From NCBI GenBank assembly GCA_964106645.2, contig OZ067042.1: a stretch of DNA of 64,000 nt; one strand, written 5' to 3'. The notes beneath the pieces were generated by a model that was not told the DNA's origin, made no database searches, and saw nothing but the letters and a program-made list of their open reading frames with translations. Origin of the DNA: Podarcis pityusensis (Eukaryota). This document shows, piece after piece, positions 1-12,360 of the stretch; position 1 is the stretch's first letter; the number at the start of each line of letters is the position of its first letter. Both the position numbers and the translations under genes were made by a program.

Positions 1-1020
1 CAGTGGCAGTAAGCAGGAACATGCTGAGTCAGACATTGCTTCTTCCATGCAATTGTGAGTGTAGGAAAGGCAGAGAAACTGACAAATGTTTGAAGAATCA
101 GCCCTATGTGGTATGGTATGGAAGCAGCATCCTAAGTGATGCCATCTTGATTGACTTATAGGAGTGGTCTGGGTATATTGACTTACTTGTTATCTAACTC
201 AGTGGTGAGATAAATTAAACCATCCATTCAGTGTATCTTTTCCCTTTTATGACGGAATAATTATTGGGTTTGGTGAAAGCAGCACCATCTACTGGCAAAG
301 CTAGATATTAGAACCAAAACGTAATTTGTAGACCTGTAAAAATGGAACCAGCTTTTAAAAGTGGAACATATAACCCAGAAATGTTGCACATTGAATGGTG
401 AAATATTCATTTATTAAATGCATAAATAATATTTTTTATATTCATCTGGCATTTCCTCAGATCAGACCACCATGAGCTAATCTAACCAACTGAGTTATGA
501 GATACTTCTTATCTCCCAATAAACCAAAACCCCAAACAAAAAAAGTTTGGATGCAGATTCACGTTTTGTTCCTTTCCTTAATACACCTTTCTGTCATGAG
601 GTTGATTATAAAGGTGATTACTTAGCCTTTTATCAGATCAAAATGAAATAGCCATGTTAAACCAGAATGGGGTAAATATGAGTCAATAAAATAGTATCTT
701 TCATGCGGTCCAATCAGTATTCGCAGTGCAGTCTGTGCATTACTGAGTTACACCAAATTCCTATTCAGGCTGGGTGTTCAAATCCAACAAAACTGATGTT
801 AAGTCCAGCTTGCCGTTACAGATTTTTTTCAGCCTTGAAATGGAACAGGAAGAGGTTCTTCCAGAAAACATTACATTGAGGACAACATATGCGTTAGTAT
901 TCAAAGCAACCCAAAGACTTTCTTGGACAAGGCTGAAACTCTCTTAAAAAGCCCACTCATAATACCTGAGCAGTAATATTTATAAATATTTATAAACATT
1001 TCTGATTTTCCCTTGCATAG

Positions 1021-1232
1021 AATTGGACAGCGCAGAGGAACTTGAGAAGAAGCGTATCTGCAGAATTGTCACGAAGGACTTTCCTCAGTACTTTGCTGTG
1101 GTTTCACGAATTAAGCAAGAAAGCAACCAGATTGGTCCAGAGGGTGGCATTCTGAGCAGCACAACTGTGCCTCGAGTCCAGGCTTCCTTCCCTGAAGGAG
1201 CATTAACTAAGCGGATACGAGTGGGCCTGCAG
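1021..1232 (+). CDS. ANK3: Ankyrin-G internal exon (end of ZU5-A, start of ZU5-B)
   Basis: Boundaries ttgcatag|AATTG and CTGCAG|gtaata. Encodes (E)[70 protein letters not shown], typical of the ankyrin spectrin-binding domain. Confidence 0.95.
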
Positions 1233-1314
1233 GTAATAAGATGAGCCTTTCTTTGCATTTTTGAAAACCAGAAGTAAGGTTTAACGGGGCTGGATCAGAT
1301 GATGTACCTCCCTA

Positions 1315-1663
1315 AAGGTAAAGGGACCCCTGACCATTAGGTCCAGTCGTGACCGACTCTGGGGTTGCAGCGCTCATCTCGCTTTACTGGCCAAGGGAGC
1401 CGGTGTACAGCTTCCGGGTCACGTGGCCAGCATGACTAAGCCGCTTCTGGCGAACCAGCGCAGCGCACGGAAACACCGTTTACCTTCCCGCCGGAGCGGT
1501 ACTTATTTATCTACTTGCACTTTGACGTGCTTTCGAACTGCTAGGTTGGCAGGAGCAGGGACTGAGCAATGGGAGCTCACCCCGTCGTGGGGATTCAAAC
1601 CACCAACCTTCTGATTGGCAAGTCCTAGGCTCTGTGGTTTAACCCACAGCACCACCCACGTCC
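1315..1663 (-). mobile_element. Sauria SINE (tRNA-derived head, Bov-B-like ACCTTT tail), full length
   Basis: Reverse strand starts GGACGTGGGTGGTGCTGTGG...GGTTTGAATCC (A/B boxes) and ends TTTACCTTT; TSD TGATGTACCT(C/A)CCTA at 1300-1314 and 1664-1678. Confidence 0.9.
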
Positions 1664-2320
1664 TGATGTACCTACCTAGATCTGGCCTAATAGGTCGAGG
1701 GAAATGAGTGCCTGCAGCTTCAGCCTGCCCACCATTCCTTCATGTAGACACAAGGATGGATTATGCAAATACTGTCTATATGCCTATAGTTCAACATACC
1801 CACCCACCCACCCACACAAATTCCTGATATAATGAGGAAATCAACCACATTTCTTACCTGCATGCATTGAACCTTACATGTGTAGGAAGCATGTGCGAAT
1901 GGCAGAAGTGGAACAGTGAGCAGAGGACCTGCCCACACGCTCCCCTCTACACAGTACACCACTTCCTAAGAGGTGTACTGTCCAGTCTGGCCTCTTAATA
2001 AAAGGAGCAGCTCTTCTCCCTCCTGCATGGCAAATTGTAACTGCCAAAATGCCCACTTCTGTGCAACTTGTTAAAAGCTTACCTATCCTGCCCACCTTAG
2101 CATTTGGTCATCCCAATGAACCTTATTCAGACCTGTAGTATAAGCATCTGCTAAGCAGGGAACAGTGGCACTCTGGATGAAATCCAGATTTTTACACAAA
2201 TCCACCTACATACAACAGATATTTTCACTTTGCAGTTGTTGGATTTTAGTTAGGTCCCCCTTTTCAGTGAACCAGATGACATTGTTGAAATTGATAAGAA
2301 TACCAAAAAGAAGAAGAAAG

Positions 2321-2428
2321 GGGTTGTATTCAGCTAACTTTGAGTAGACCCATTGAAAACAATGGCTGTAACAAATTTAGGTTCATTAATTCAATAGGTC
2401 TTCGCTGAGTAAAAGTTGAATACAACCC
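2321..2428. mobile_element. Palindromic MITE-like element
   Basis: Terminal inverted repeats GGGTTGTATTCA / TGAATACAACCC and internal inverted gacccattgaa / ttcaataggtc. Confidence 0.55.
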
Positions 2429-2699
2429 GAAGTTTGGGACTTGTTGAATTTTACAAAACTCTGTAATGGAATTTTACCCTAAAATCCTAGATTTGTGTAG
2501 CATTTATGGTGTATACCAGCAACAGAAATTTTACAGAAGAATAACATCTAGGTAAAGTATGGTACTACTGGAAGGGATTTTTTTACTTTGTTTCGACTAT
2601 GGCAGACCAACATGGCTACCTACCTGTAACTATAAATTGCATGTTTGAGAATCTTATATCCCATGACTTTAGAATCTCTTTTTCCTATATTGAAAATAG

Positions 2700-2907
2700 G
2701 CTCAACCAGTTCCAGATGAAACAGTCAAGAAAATCCTTGGTAACAAAGCAACATTCAGCCCCATTGTCACTGTGGAACCAAGAAGAAGAAAATTCCATAA
2801 GCCAATCACCATGACAATTCCTGTGCCACCCCCATCAGGGGAAGGGATAACCAATGGATACAAAGGAGACACGACACCCAGCCTTCGGCTACTGTGTAGC
2901 ATAACAG
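2700..2907 (+). CDS. ANK3: Ankyrin-G exon (ZU5-B)
   Basis: aaatag|GCTCAA ... ATAACAG|gtcagg. Encodes [69 protein letters not shown]; phases match the flanking exons. Confidence 0.95.
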
Positions 2908-3558
2908 GTCAGGCAAAGGCATAAGGAAGGGCATCCCCATTTATTCAACATATCTTTTCTAAACCGGGCAAACTTTTCCTCTTCCTCTCTCTCAAGAGTT
3001 GCATTTCCCCCAGGAGCATCTCCTTGGTACTGCATATCGCATATGGAATCAGCCCAAGCCAGCAGTGTGTGGGGTCACCACCTTCCTCTCTTTTTGTCAT
3101 GCCGCCTTTTCTACACACCCACCCACCCAACACCCCTTTCTCTCTCCTTAACTGCCCCCCTTCTTGTCCAGGGGACTGCTGGGGTGGAGACAGATGGCTT
3201 TGGCCAAAGTCCAGAATTGACGGTTTTGCAGGGAGCTTTTGTAATTAGACACAAGGGTTGCGGTGTTGACCCAGCGCCACTGGTTGCCCATCCCTCTGCA
3301 ATCCTGCAGAGGTGAGGACCAGCTCTACCCAGTTCTGCCCTGCCCTTCTGCAATCCAAGCACTATATTACCCACCTTAAATATTACAGACCTTTCATGTC
3401 CTTCCCTCTGGAAAGGAATCCATTCCATATGATCACCACATTATATGGGTGTTTCACAAATAAAACTAAGATAAAGTGCAAACCTAAAGCACTATTTCAG
3501 ATCTATGTAAAAATTCAGATCCCTTTAAACAAGTGTGACTTCATCTTTTATTTCCTAG

Positions 3559-3655
3559 GAGGTACTTCACCAGCTCAGTGGGAAGACATCACAGGAACCA
3601 CTCCACTGACTTTTGTAAATGATTGTGTCTCTTTCACAACCAACGTTTCAGCCAG
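3559..3655 (+). CDS. ANK3: Ankyrin-G exon (ZU5-B)
   Basis: tttcctag|GAGGT ... GCCAG|gtacag. Encodes [33 protein letters not shown]. Confidence 0.95.
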
Positions 3656-4430
3656 GTACAGTAAAAGCAAATGAAACACAAATAATTACACTTTATTAAG
3701 GCTTACAGGTTGTATTATGAAGATCAGAATAACTTGAGTGATACACACTAGAATAACTAGCTCAATAGCAGGACTTTTTTGACTGATGGGAGAGGAGAGG
3801 AGCAAAAACAGATTCATAACTAGGGATGTTTACCAAAAAAAATAAAAAATCCTCCCATCTGAATTTCTCCTCAGATTTTGGTGTTCCTAATCACATCTTG
3901 TTGTTTTTAACAGAGTGGCACCAGTGCCTTAGTAATCTGCCATTCTTCCAATATTGATATCTAGATATTATACAGAGGAGCAGTTTCCACAACATTCAGT
4001 TCCTTCTGCTCACTGAGACCTGTTTTTTCCACACACGTCACCAATGTGCAGAAGTGCTTGTTTGCCAAGGAGGTGGCAGATCTGGCCTCCAAGGTGTGCA
4101 CCACAGCCGTCAGCAGTGGAGATTTCCCTTTTCCTAGATTACAGAAAACCAACACAGCACATTATGAGCAGACCAGAAAAAGTAATAAATATTGTATTGA
4201 ACCTGTCTATAACATGCTTTTTGTCTGACAGTTCTCAGATCAGCCACCTCCAAGTTTTGCCAGAAATAATTTATAAGTATATATAATAAAAAGTAAGTTA
4301 GAAAACCCAGGAATGTGACTTGGTTCTGTTAGCTGGAGAGGTAGTTCAAACCACAGTAAAGTTATGGTGGGAAATCACCATTGTATGAAGTTGGACTGAT
4401 TGGTCTTTACATCTATGTATGTGCATCCAG

Positions 4431-4659
4431 ATTTTGGCTAGCAGACTGCCATCAAGTTCATGAAACTGTCGGGTTGGCCACGCAGCTTTATAGGGAATTA
4501 ATATGTGTTCCCTACATGGCCAAGTTTGTCATTTTTGCCAAAATGAATGATGCGGTGGAATCCAATCTGCGCTGCTTCTGCATGACAGATGATAAAGTCG
4601 ACAAAACTTTGGAGCAGCAAGAAAACTTTGAAGAAGTTGCAAGAAGTAAAGATATTGAG
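4431..4659 (+). CDS. ANK3: Ankyrin-G exon (end of ZU5-B, start of UPA)
   Basis: catccag|ATTTTGG ... ATTGAG|gtatac. Encodes [37 protein letters not shown]...[10 protein letters not shown]. Confidence 0.95.
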
Positions 4660-5555
4660 GTATACCATCATTCAACAGTAAAGGCCTATTGTATATCTAC
4701 AGGCTTTGTGGGTGCTTTTAAAAATATATTTCTTTCTAAAAGTTACAGTTCATATTCTAATAAAGAATAAATTGTGTCTATAAACCTGTCAATACAGTAA
4801 ACATCACTGTGTTTATCAGTTAGCTTGGCCAATTCAGATATTTCAGGCACTTTAAAAGCAGTCTATTCACAGCTGTCAAGACAGTTACAAATTTCCTGCG
4901 TCTCTAAACAAATTCAAGATTGCATTGTCGGTAAAGTATCAAGAGACATCAAAACAATGACTGTCGTCAGTTTAATTTTTCTACACCTGAGTCAATAAGC
5001 TTGAGCATAGATGCCTAAGGATGGATATAATATGCCCAGTCTTGCTAAACAAATGTTTCCAATACATGAATCTATCTGTTAAAAATGTTTTATTTAATTT
5101 GAATGGAGTAAGATGCTAGTGTAATTCAGCTGATGTCTTCCAGAACCGGGCATTGCTTACCCCCTTTCTTTCTGGTAGACCTAGGCATGACGGACAAGTA
5201 GTGGAATGTGTGAACTTTCTTTCACATTGTCCATGAGTCCTTTTATCAGTTAAGGGGGGGGGGGGAGAGAGAAAGAAAAAAGAAGTAAAGAACTGAGCTT
5301 TGCATAGCTAAAATTGCCATCTGGCTGTTGAAGGGTCAGTTTAGAAATAAATAGCTGTAGTCTTGACTGTGACCTTCCCCCCACACCAAAGAACATACCA
5401 CACATCTCTTCCTGTTGAAAATACTGCAGTGAAGCCATGTTGAAAGGCAACTTTAACTGTGGGTTTAAATAGTAATTTAAAGTTGGGATGCTTACTGTTT
5501 ATTGAAATAGTTCGGCACAGAAATAGATCTAACAGATTTATTGTTGACCCAACAG

Positions 5556-5681
5556 GTTTTGGAAGGAAAGCCTATTTATGTGGATTGCTACGGGAATCTA
5601 GCCCCTTTGACAAAAGGAGGACAGCAGCTTGTATTTAATTTTTATGCTTTCAAAGAAAATAGACTGCCATTTTCTATCAAG
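5556..5681 (+). CDS. ANK3: Ankyrin-G exon (UPA)
   Basis: caacag|GTTTTG ... ATCAAG|gtaaaa. Encodes [42 protein letters not shown]. Confidence 0.95.
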
Positions 5682-7149
5682 GTAAAAGTAAAACTGCACT
5701 GGAGCAGTCACAATGAGAAAACTGTTCCTGCGTGATGACAAACCTTGTGTGTTTGTGTGTGTTTTTCAAAGCCTCTGTTTGTCTGTGGTGTTTGGAAAAG
5801 GTGCGCCATCCACTTCACCTGTGCAACGGCATATTGCTACCACGAGATGTGAGCCCCCATCCCACCAATTGGGAATGGCAGGTTTGAGGCCTGCTTAAGG
5901 TACACTGAGGAAATTAGGTTGCTGGCAGAAAGGAGCTCCAGGGCTCTGGGATGAACTTCAAGATGATGGGCTTCGGTTTACCTCCTTGCTAGTATTTAGA
6001 AAGCTTTGTACCACTTATTAAGCAAAGTTTAAAAGGCCAATCTGCTTCTTTACAAAAATATATATTTTACGGACTGCTACTCAACTGCATTTTAATTTTA
6101 CTTCTGAGTTGTGATTTTGTTAGGATTTTAAATGTGTTTGTAAAGCCCCTCAAATGGTTGGAGGTACAAGTTGGCAGTTCCTTAAAAGAAGCATTTAAAT
6201 AACCACAACATCCATGTGCAAAAAAGTTACCATGTTAGCCAGGTTGCCAGTGTTCACATTATACCTTAAGAATGCCATCTCCAAAACAGGAGAAAATGCA
6301 GCCACCGAGTGGCTTGTGTTGTTGCCTTGTTGATTTAGTTTAAGCACTTTAATTTGTTTCCAGACAAAAATGGGAGGTTTTTTCTTTCTGGCCTTAAGTC
6401 TAGGTTGCCAGAAAGACCACTTTCTTCCATATTGATGGATGGATGGATTTAGTTTGTTCATATGCCACCTTTTCACATAATTATGATCATCCATAATTAT
6501 GATCTTACCACCCCCACCCATGAAGCTTAATTAGGTGGTGACCAGGGAAAGGTCCGTATTATCACTTGGCAATTAGTTGGCAATTGAATAAGATATTGCA
6601 TGTCTGGGCTGTCAATTATTTATGTTTTTATTTAATTTAATATATTTCCTTTTTGCTACTATCAATTGGCTCAGTTTGACTTTGTGGTTTTACTGGATTT
6701 TATTGTAGAAGTTTTCTTTTTAAAAATTTTATGTCACCGGTCTTATTATGATGGAAAGGCAGGATGGCTATAAAGCTTTAGATAATTAAATGCAATCTCA
6801 AACTTTGGCCAGCTTCTTATTAGTCTTATTAAAGTGTCCTTGGAATAATGCAGACACCTTGTAATTGCTTTAGCTTTGTGTTTGTAACACCCTGTAGTAG
6901 AAATAATGTGGAGGATTAATGTGTAGGACAGATGAGAATTAATGTTTGGAGATCTTGTTTCAGCACAAGGCATTTGATTTGATAATTATCAGGTGCCTTC
7001 CCATTGTATGGTTCAAGGAACTTAGATTTTGGGGTTTCTTTGCTTGTTTTGTTTTTAAATTAGAGCTAATAGCTAAACTAAATTTAATGGAACCCAAAGG
7101 ACTGTAAACATTTCAAACCAGTGTGTGAACATTTTATATATATATATAG

Positions 7150-7272
7150 ATTAGAGACACCAGCCAAGAACCTTGTGGTCGCTTATCATTTCTGAAAGAA
7201 CCAAAGACTACAAAGGGTCTGCCGCAAACAGCTGTTTGCAATTTGAATATCACCTTGCCAGCACACAAAAAG
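7150..7272 (+). CDS. ANK3: Ankyrin-G exon (end of UPA)
   Basis: tatatag|ATTAGA ... AAAAAG|gtacga. Encodes [41 protein letters not shown]; not in the ORF track. Confidence 0.94.
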
Positions 7273-7628
7273 GTACGATCACTAAGGCTAGTTTAATTTC
7301 TTTCTTTTTTTCTTTTTGCTGATTGTAATGTACCACTAGTAATGCGAATGCTTTGCAATCTGATTAAGCCTGTTTTATGTCTTAATGTTTTCATGTATGC
7401 AGAAAGCTTTTTGAGACTTGTTACTGTGGTGCTGCGTTTCTGCAATTTTTGATTACCGGGTCCTCCGTTTACAATTCATGCTTCAGCTTACAGTTCATAT
7501 ACTTTATGCTTTTAGTAATGTCATGTGTTGATTTGCATTCAATGTAAAGTTTTGTTTGTTAATTTATATTCTGTTGACATTTTGGGTTTGTTTTGCCTTT
7601 TATAAATTAGCTTGCATTTTTTGTGCTC

Positions 7629-7768
7629 NNNNNNNNNNNNNNNNNNNNNNNNNNNNNNNNNNNNNNNNNNNNNNNNNNNNNNNNNNNNNNNNNNNNNNNN
7701 NNNNNNNNNNNNNNNNNNNNNNNNNNNNNNNNNNNNNNNNNNNNNNNNNNNNNNNNNNNNNNNNNNNN
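7629..7768. other. Assembly gap (140 N)
   Basis: Run of N characters inside an ANK3 intron. Confidence 0.99.
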
Positions 7769-10442
7769 TTTTACTTTTTATTATAATCAGAATTCTTATC
7801 CATTAAAGATATATGGTATCACAAAAAAGATTTACTAAACCAAATAAATGAAGCCAATAACATGTGCTTGGAACAATATGAGCCTAGCCTCTGTCCCTCT
7901 GCCCTCACTCTTCACTAGACTTAGATATTCTATGTCTTCTGCTTTGCACACAGCAAAGCACCTGACCATTTACCAGTTGTGGGGAGCTCTTGCATGCTTG
8001 CTTCACACAGAGACCCCAGCATTCTGCCTTCTCCTCTTTGCGGGAATAGCTTGTACACCCAGAGAGAAACAGACCACTGGATGCATGCATGAGGTTTTGA
8101 AGGAGATCCCTTGATTATACCCATTGCTATTCATCTAGGTGAGGAGCAGCAGAGAAGCTATTTTCCTTCCACTTCCTTAGTTCCAGCTAGACAGTATTTT
8201 TAATCCTCTTTAATACAGCAAACCTCACTGTCTTGCCTGTCCATTCCTCCTCCCAATACCCAATAGGCAACTGAGACCCAGCAAATCCTTTGCTCGGGTA
8301 TCCCAGGCCTAGTGGTCCTGCAATAATTACCTTTAGAAGAATGGCTCCTGACTGGAAGCTGCAAGCCATTTGCTCCCTTGGAGGAAGCAGATGGATCAGC
8401 ACCATGGGATTCATGGTTTCAGACTGTTGTCTCTGTGAAATTTATGACTCTCTTGTTCACTGGGAGACACAGTGTAAAGGAAGATGAAAGCATGATTCAG
8501 GCAAAGTTAAGCACTAATCTCAGTGGGAGGAAGTTAAGCTTGTGTTCTGTTCTCCCACTGAAATCAATAGGGCCTTAAAATGTGATTGAGCTTAGCAGGA
8601 CAGCATCTTTAGATATTATAACAGCCCATGGGGATTGGTCGTCTAAACAAAAAACCCAAAAGTACTTTATGACTTGTCCTATTTTCTTACCAAACTAAAT
8701 ATATATCTTTAAAAACACCCCACTATTAGCATCTAGAAACTTTACTAAAAACAGATCTACAACCCGTATAGAGATTTTTGAAGCAAGTTGTAATCTGTTA
8801 GTGATTGTAACCTGCTTTCTAATCTGCATCCCTGCATTTGTGCATATTTATAAAAATCCCAGTCCATTCCTCTTTTCATTTATTTATCTTTGTCCTTTAT
8901 GTAGTTCCTTTAAAGTAGGTGTACATTGTGATATATGTGCTTTTGCAACAAATTGATTTTTGAAGAACTTATTTGGCTGGCCTAAGTTACAGCTGTAGTG
9001 ATATTCTACATGTCTAACTGTAGCCTTGTGTGTGCCAAAAATGATTACTAAAATGCTAGCTATATGATATGGGGGATTTACAATGATGGTGCTTTGCAAT
9101 ACAAAAATTAAGGCTTAGCAACTCACAAAGGTTCCTTAAAGAAACAGGTGTGTGATATCTGGCCATGTTTTACATGTTCTCTAAATTACTAACAATGTTT
9201 TTGGTGTTACATTTTGCCAACATTCATCTTAATACCATGTGTCTTTAAAATCTGTGTCTTTCACTTTAAGAATGGATAGATCTCTTTCATGACACAAGGC
9301 CTGTTAGAGTACTGGTTTTTTTTCTTTCTTTCCAGGATTCCACCTGGGGTGATATTAGGAGCAGGCCTTGGGCTCATGCTGCATCCCACAGCCTCCCCCA
9401 GCTTCCCTCAATGTGAACAGACAACAGCTAGTGAATGGGAGATCCTATGTTTGTTCTAACAAAGGATCTCTGAGCCTGTGAGGCAGAACTCACTTGTCTT
9501 ATAAGGTCAGGTAGATCCCATGATCATACAAAACATGAACCCTCATGCCCTTCAGTCTGTGAGAAGGGAGTAAATGGGTGTGCCCAAAGCCTGCTCCAAG
9601 AGGTTGAATCCTAGATTTGGATAGCACCTGATTAGGCCTCAAGATGTTTGTTCTCTCCAAATAAGCTCAAGAAGCTTTAGCAATGAAATGAGAACTTTGT
9701 AAATCTTTCTTCAAAGACAACACACATCTCATAGTTACAAGACTTGAATGTTGGTAAAATGTAATTTCAGATGCAGGCTTGGTAGAAATAAGGGATTGGG
9801 GGGCGGGTGGAATTTGAGTCTGTGAGCAGGGATAACTTTAAAAACATAGAAGTGGATTGGGCTGTAACTTGAACTTAGCTTACTTTATTATTTCATTCTT
9901 AAAATTATACCACTTGATTGTAAATAAAAACCTCAAAGCAGTTTATATATGAATGAATGAGGCCTTCGTAGAAAGGGGAGTGTGTGTAGGGGAAGTGTGA
10001 CAAAAATATACTCATTCACTTTCATGGCATGACTTTGCTGTGGAAGAAATGGGGTGAAATCCATACTCAGCTATTTAAGCGCATTGGTTGCCCTGTCTTT
10101 GAGACTGATCTGCTTTATAGGGTGATAGGCTAAAATGCTATGCTGAAGAAGTGCAAGTCACTGCTCCACTCTCCATATAAGCTCATAGCATACTTTAGTT
10201 GCAAATATTCTTCTCCAAGGTACAATTAGTTCTCCTGAAGATCTAAAAATATGTAAGGGTATGTGTGTGTTATCTTCCCATTTAAACAAAAACGAACAAG
10301 AATTATTGGTATATTCTGTCTGCCACTTTGGACAATATTTTGAAAAGTGGAATGTTAATTCATTAATTAAAAGAAAGAAACCTGCTCTAGACAGCAGCAA
10401 CTGTATGTTAAAGGTACCAAACGGAAGTATGCTTTGTTACAG

Positions 10443-10524
10443 ACCGAGAAAACGGACCGGCGACAGAACTTTGTGTCCCTTGCTTTACGTAAGCGCTACA
10501 GCTATCTGACTGAGCCTGGAATGA
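10443..10524 (+). CDS. ANK3: Ankyrin-G exon (UPA to death-domain linker), last exon before the giant exon
   Basis: ttgttacag|ACCGAG ... GGAATGA|gtgagt. Encodes TEKTDRRQNFVSLALRKRYSYLTEPGM, matching the ankyrin-G LALRKRYSYLTEP motif; ends in phase 1. Confidence 0.93.
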
Positions 10525-12319
10525 GTGAGTTTCTTAACAAACCTACTAATGCTGTAAACTGATCTTTCACAAGAAGAGACATTTTTTCTATAAATGTCAT
10601 GTTTTGGTGTCATTGGAAAATGCCTGATTTAACAAGCAAAAGTCTCCATTTATCCAAGAACCCTTTGGAGTGCAGATAACTTGGGAAATTCAGGCTAATA
10701 AACCATAGTTTGTCTCTTGAAATATCCATGGACTAAAAGGATCATTAGGGTGGACACACTAATCAGTACTTCTATAACAAAAGAAGACAGGCTATTCTAC
10801 CTTTAATAAGATGAGGTGGTTAAATCATAGTAAGTTTTATGGAGTTGGTAACATATTGACCAGCAAAACACAGATCAAAAACACTTTTGAAGAGAATCCT
10901 GAAGAGAATGTAGAAGAGAATTACACACTTAAGAGTTCACTGTTCACTGTAGTAGTTTGCACTACCAAACAGATGAGCTGTTTTTAAAATGTTCTTTATA
11001 TGTTTGTTTGTTTGTTGCATTTCCCCCCCCCCCCCCAATGAGCCTCACACATTTAGGGAATGTCCAGCAACATTCCTGCAGATGATTTCAGTGATCAAGT
11101 TGTGTGGTCCCTGAGGAACCCTGGACCTAAGTTGTTCAGGGCTTTGTAAATTCATCCAAGGACCTTGAACCTGGCTTGTTAGTAGATGGGCACTAACATG
11201 GCTGTAGCAGAGAGCCAAACTATCTTTTACATTAGAAATTCATTTTAAAAAATGTGCTGAATCTTTATTTTAAAGGAAAAACAGCTGGGTGGAACCTCAG
11301 TCAGAATCAGGGCCCAGCATTGATTTTTCTTCTCAGAATTGTCCCTTGGTGGCTGTTTACCTGCAAAGATGTTGTCTGCAGTAAATAGCAACTTTGGGAG
11401 CAAATAGGGAATATGATCCTGACTGGGACTCAGCATGTTTTCCATCAGCCACCATCCTGACAGGTAGGTTTTTAACTTGTCATGTTGATCCAGAGTTAGC
11501 ATGTGTGTGTTGCAAATGTAAATACAAATGAAGTAGAACCAATGTACAAAATTTTCAAACTACTACTCACTGTACAGTGGGAAAATGTATACATAATTTT
11601 CCACTGTACAGTGGACAGCACTTAGAGAAGCTGGTCTACCAATGCTTACTCTTTACTGGATAGAACCAGTTGATTATTTTGTACTTAATTATTGTTTGCC
11701 TTAAAAAAAACTGACAAAAGTTTGTTTGAAATAATATCAGAGTAATGTCAGACAAAGCTGCGCTGAGAAAGTATTTTTGTTTCCATGCTAGTTCCTAGTG
11801 AAGAGATTGTGCCTTAATGTGTTTCTGTGTTTTACCATTTAAGCATTCGTGACAAAAGAACTCTGCCATGGGTCATAACATTACCAGTGGTGGCCCTTGC
11901 AAATCAGAGGAGCAGGCAAGTGCCGCTCCTCTTGCCTCCCCTCTTTACTTCAAAGACTATGTGAGCCAGCTTCCCCATAATGACACCCATTTGCATGGAG
12001 TCCCTTACAGGAAGGGTTGAGGGGAGAAAAACTGCACAACTGGCTGTTGGTGTAAAGGCTTTAGCTGAAGACACTTTGAAGTGCCCAGCATCTTCAAGCA
12101 GCTCCAGGGCCTCACCTGCGTCTGCCAAGTTCCCCAGCTGGTGGCTTGCCTGCTGGCAGTGGCTGGGAAGGCACCTGCCATTGTGCATTCCCCAGTGCTC
12201 TCGAGCGTCCAATGTAGTGTCACTCCAGGGCATCTAGGAAAATTAAATGGCATTTGGTTTTTCAGATGTAGCCAGCTACTGCCATCAAAGCAAGCCCACA
12301 GCTGGGAAAGCAAACAAAT

Positions 12320-12321
<2 letters not shown>

Positions 12322-12359
<38 letters not shown>
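12322..12359. repeat. (GT)19 microsatellite
   Basis: Read directly from the sequence. Confidence 0.95.

Positions 12360-12360
<1 letters not shown>

Noticed and set aside
1423-1614. Near-identical 63-aa ORFs at 1423, 46124 and 63813 suggesting a small gene family
   Set aside because: All lie inside Sauria SINE copies, on the antisense strand of the element.
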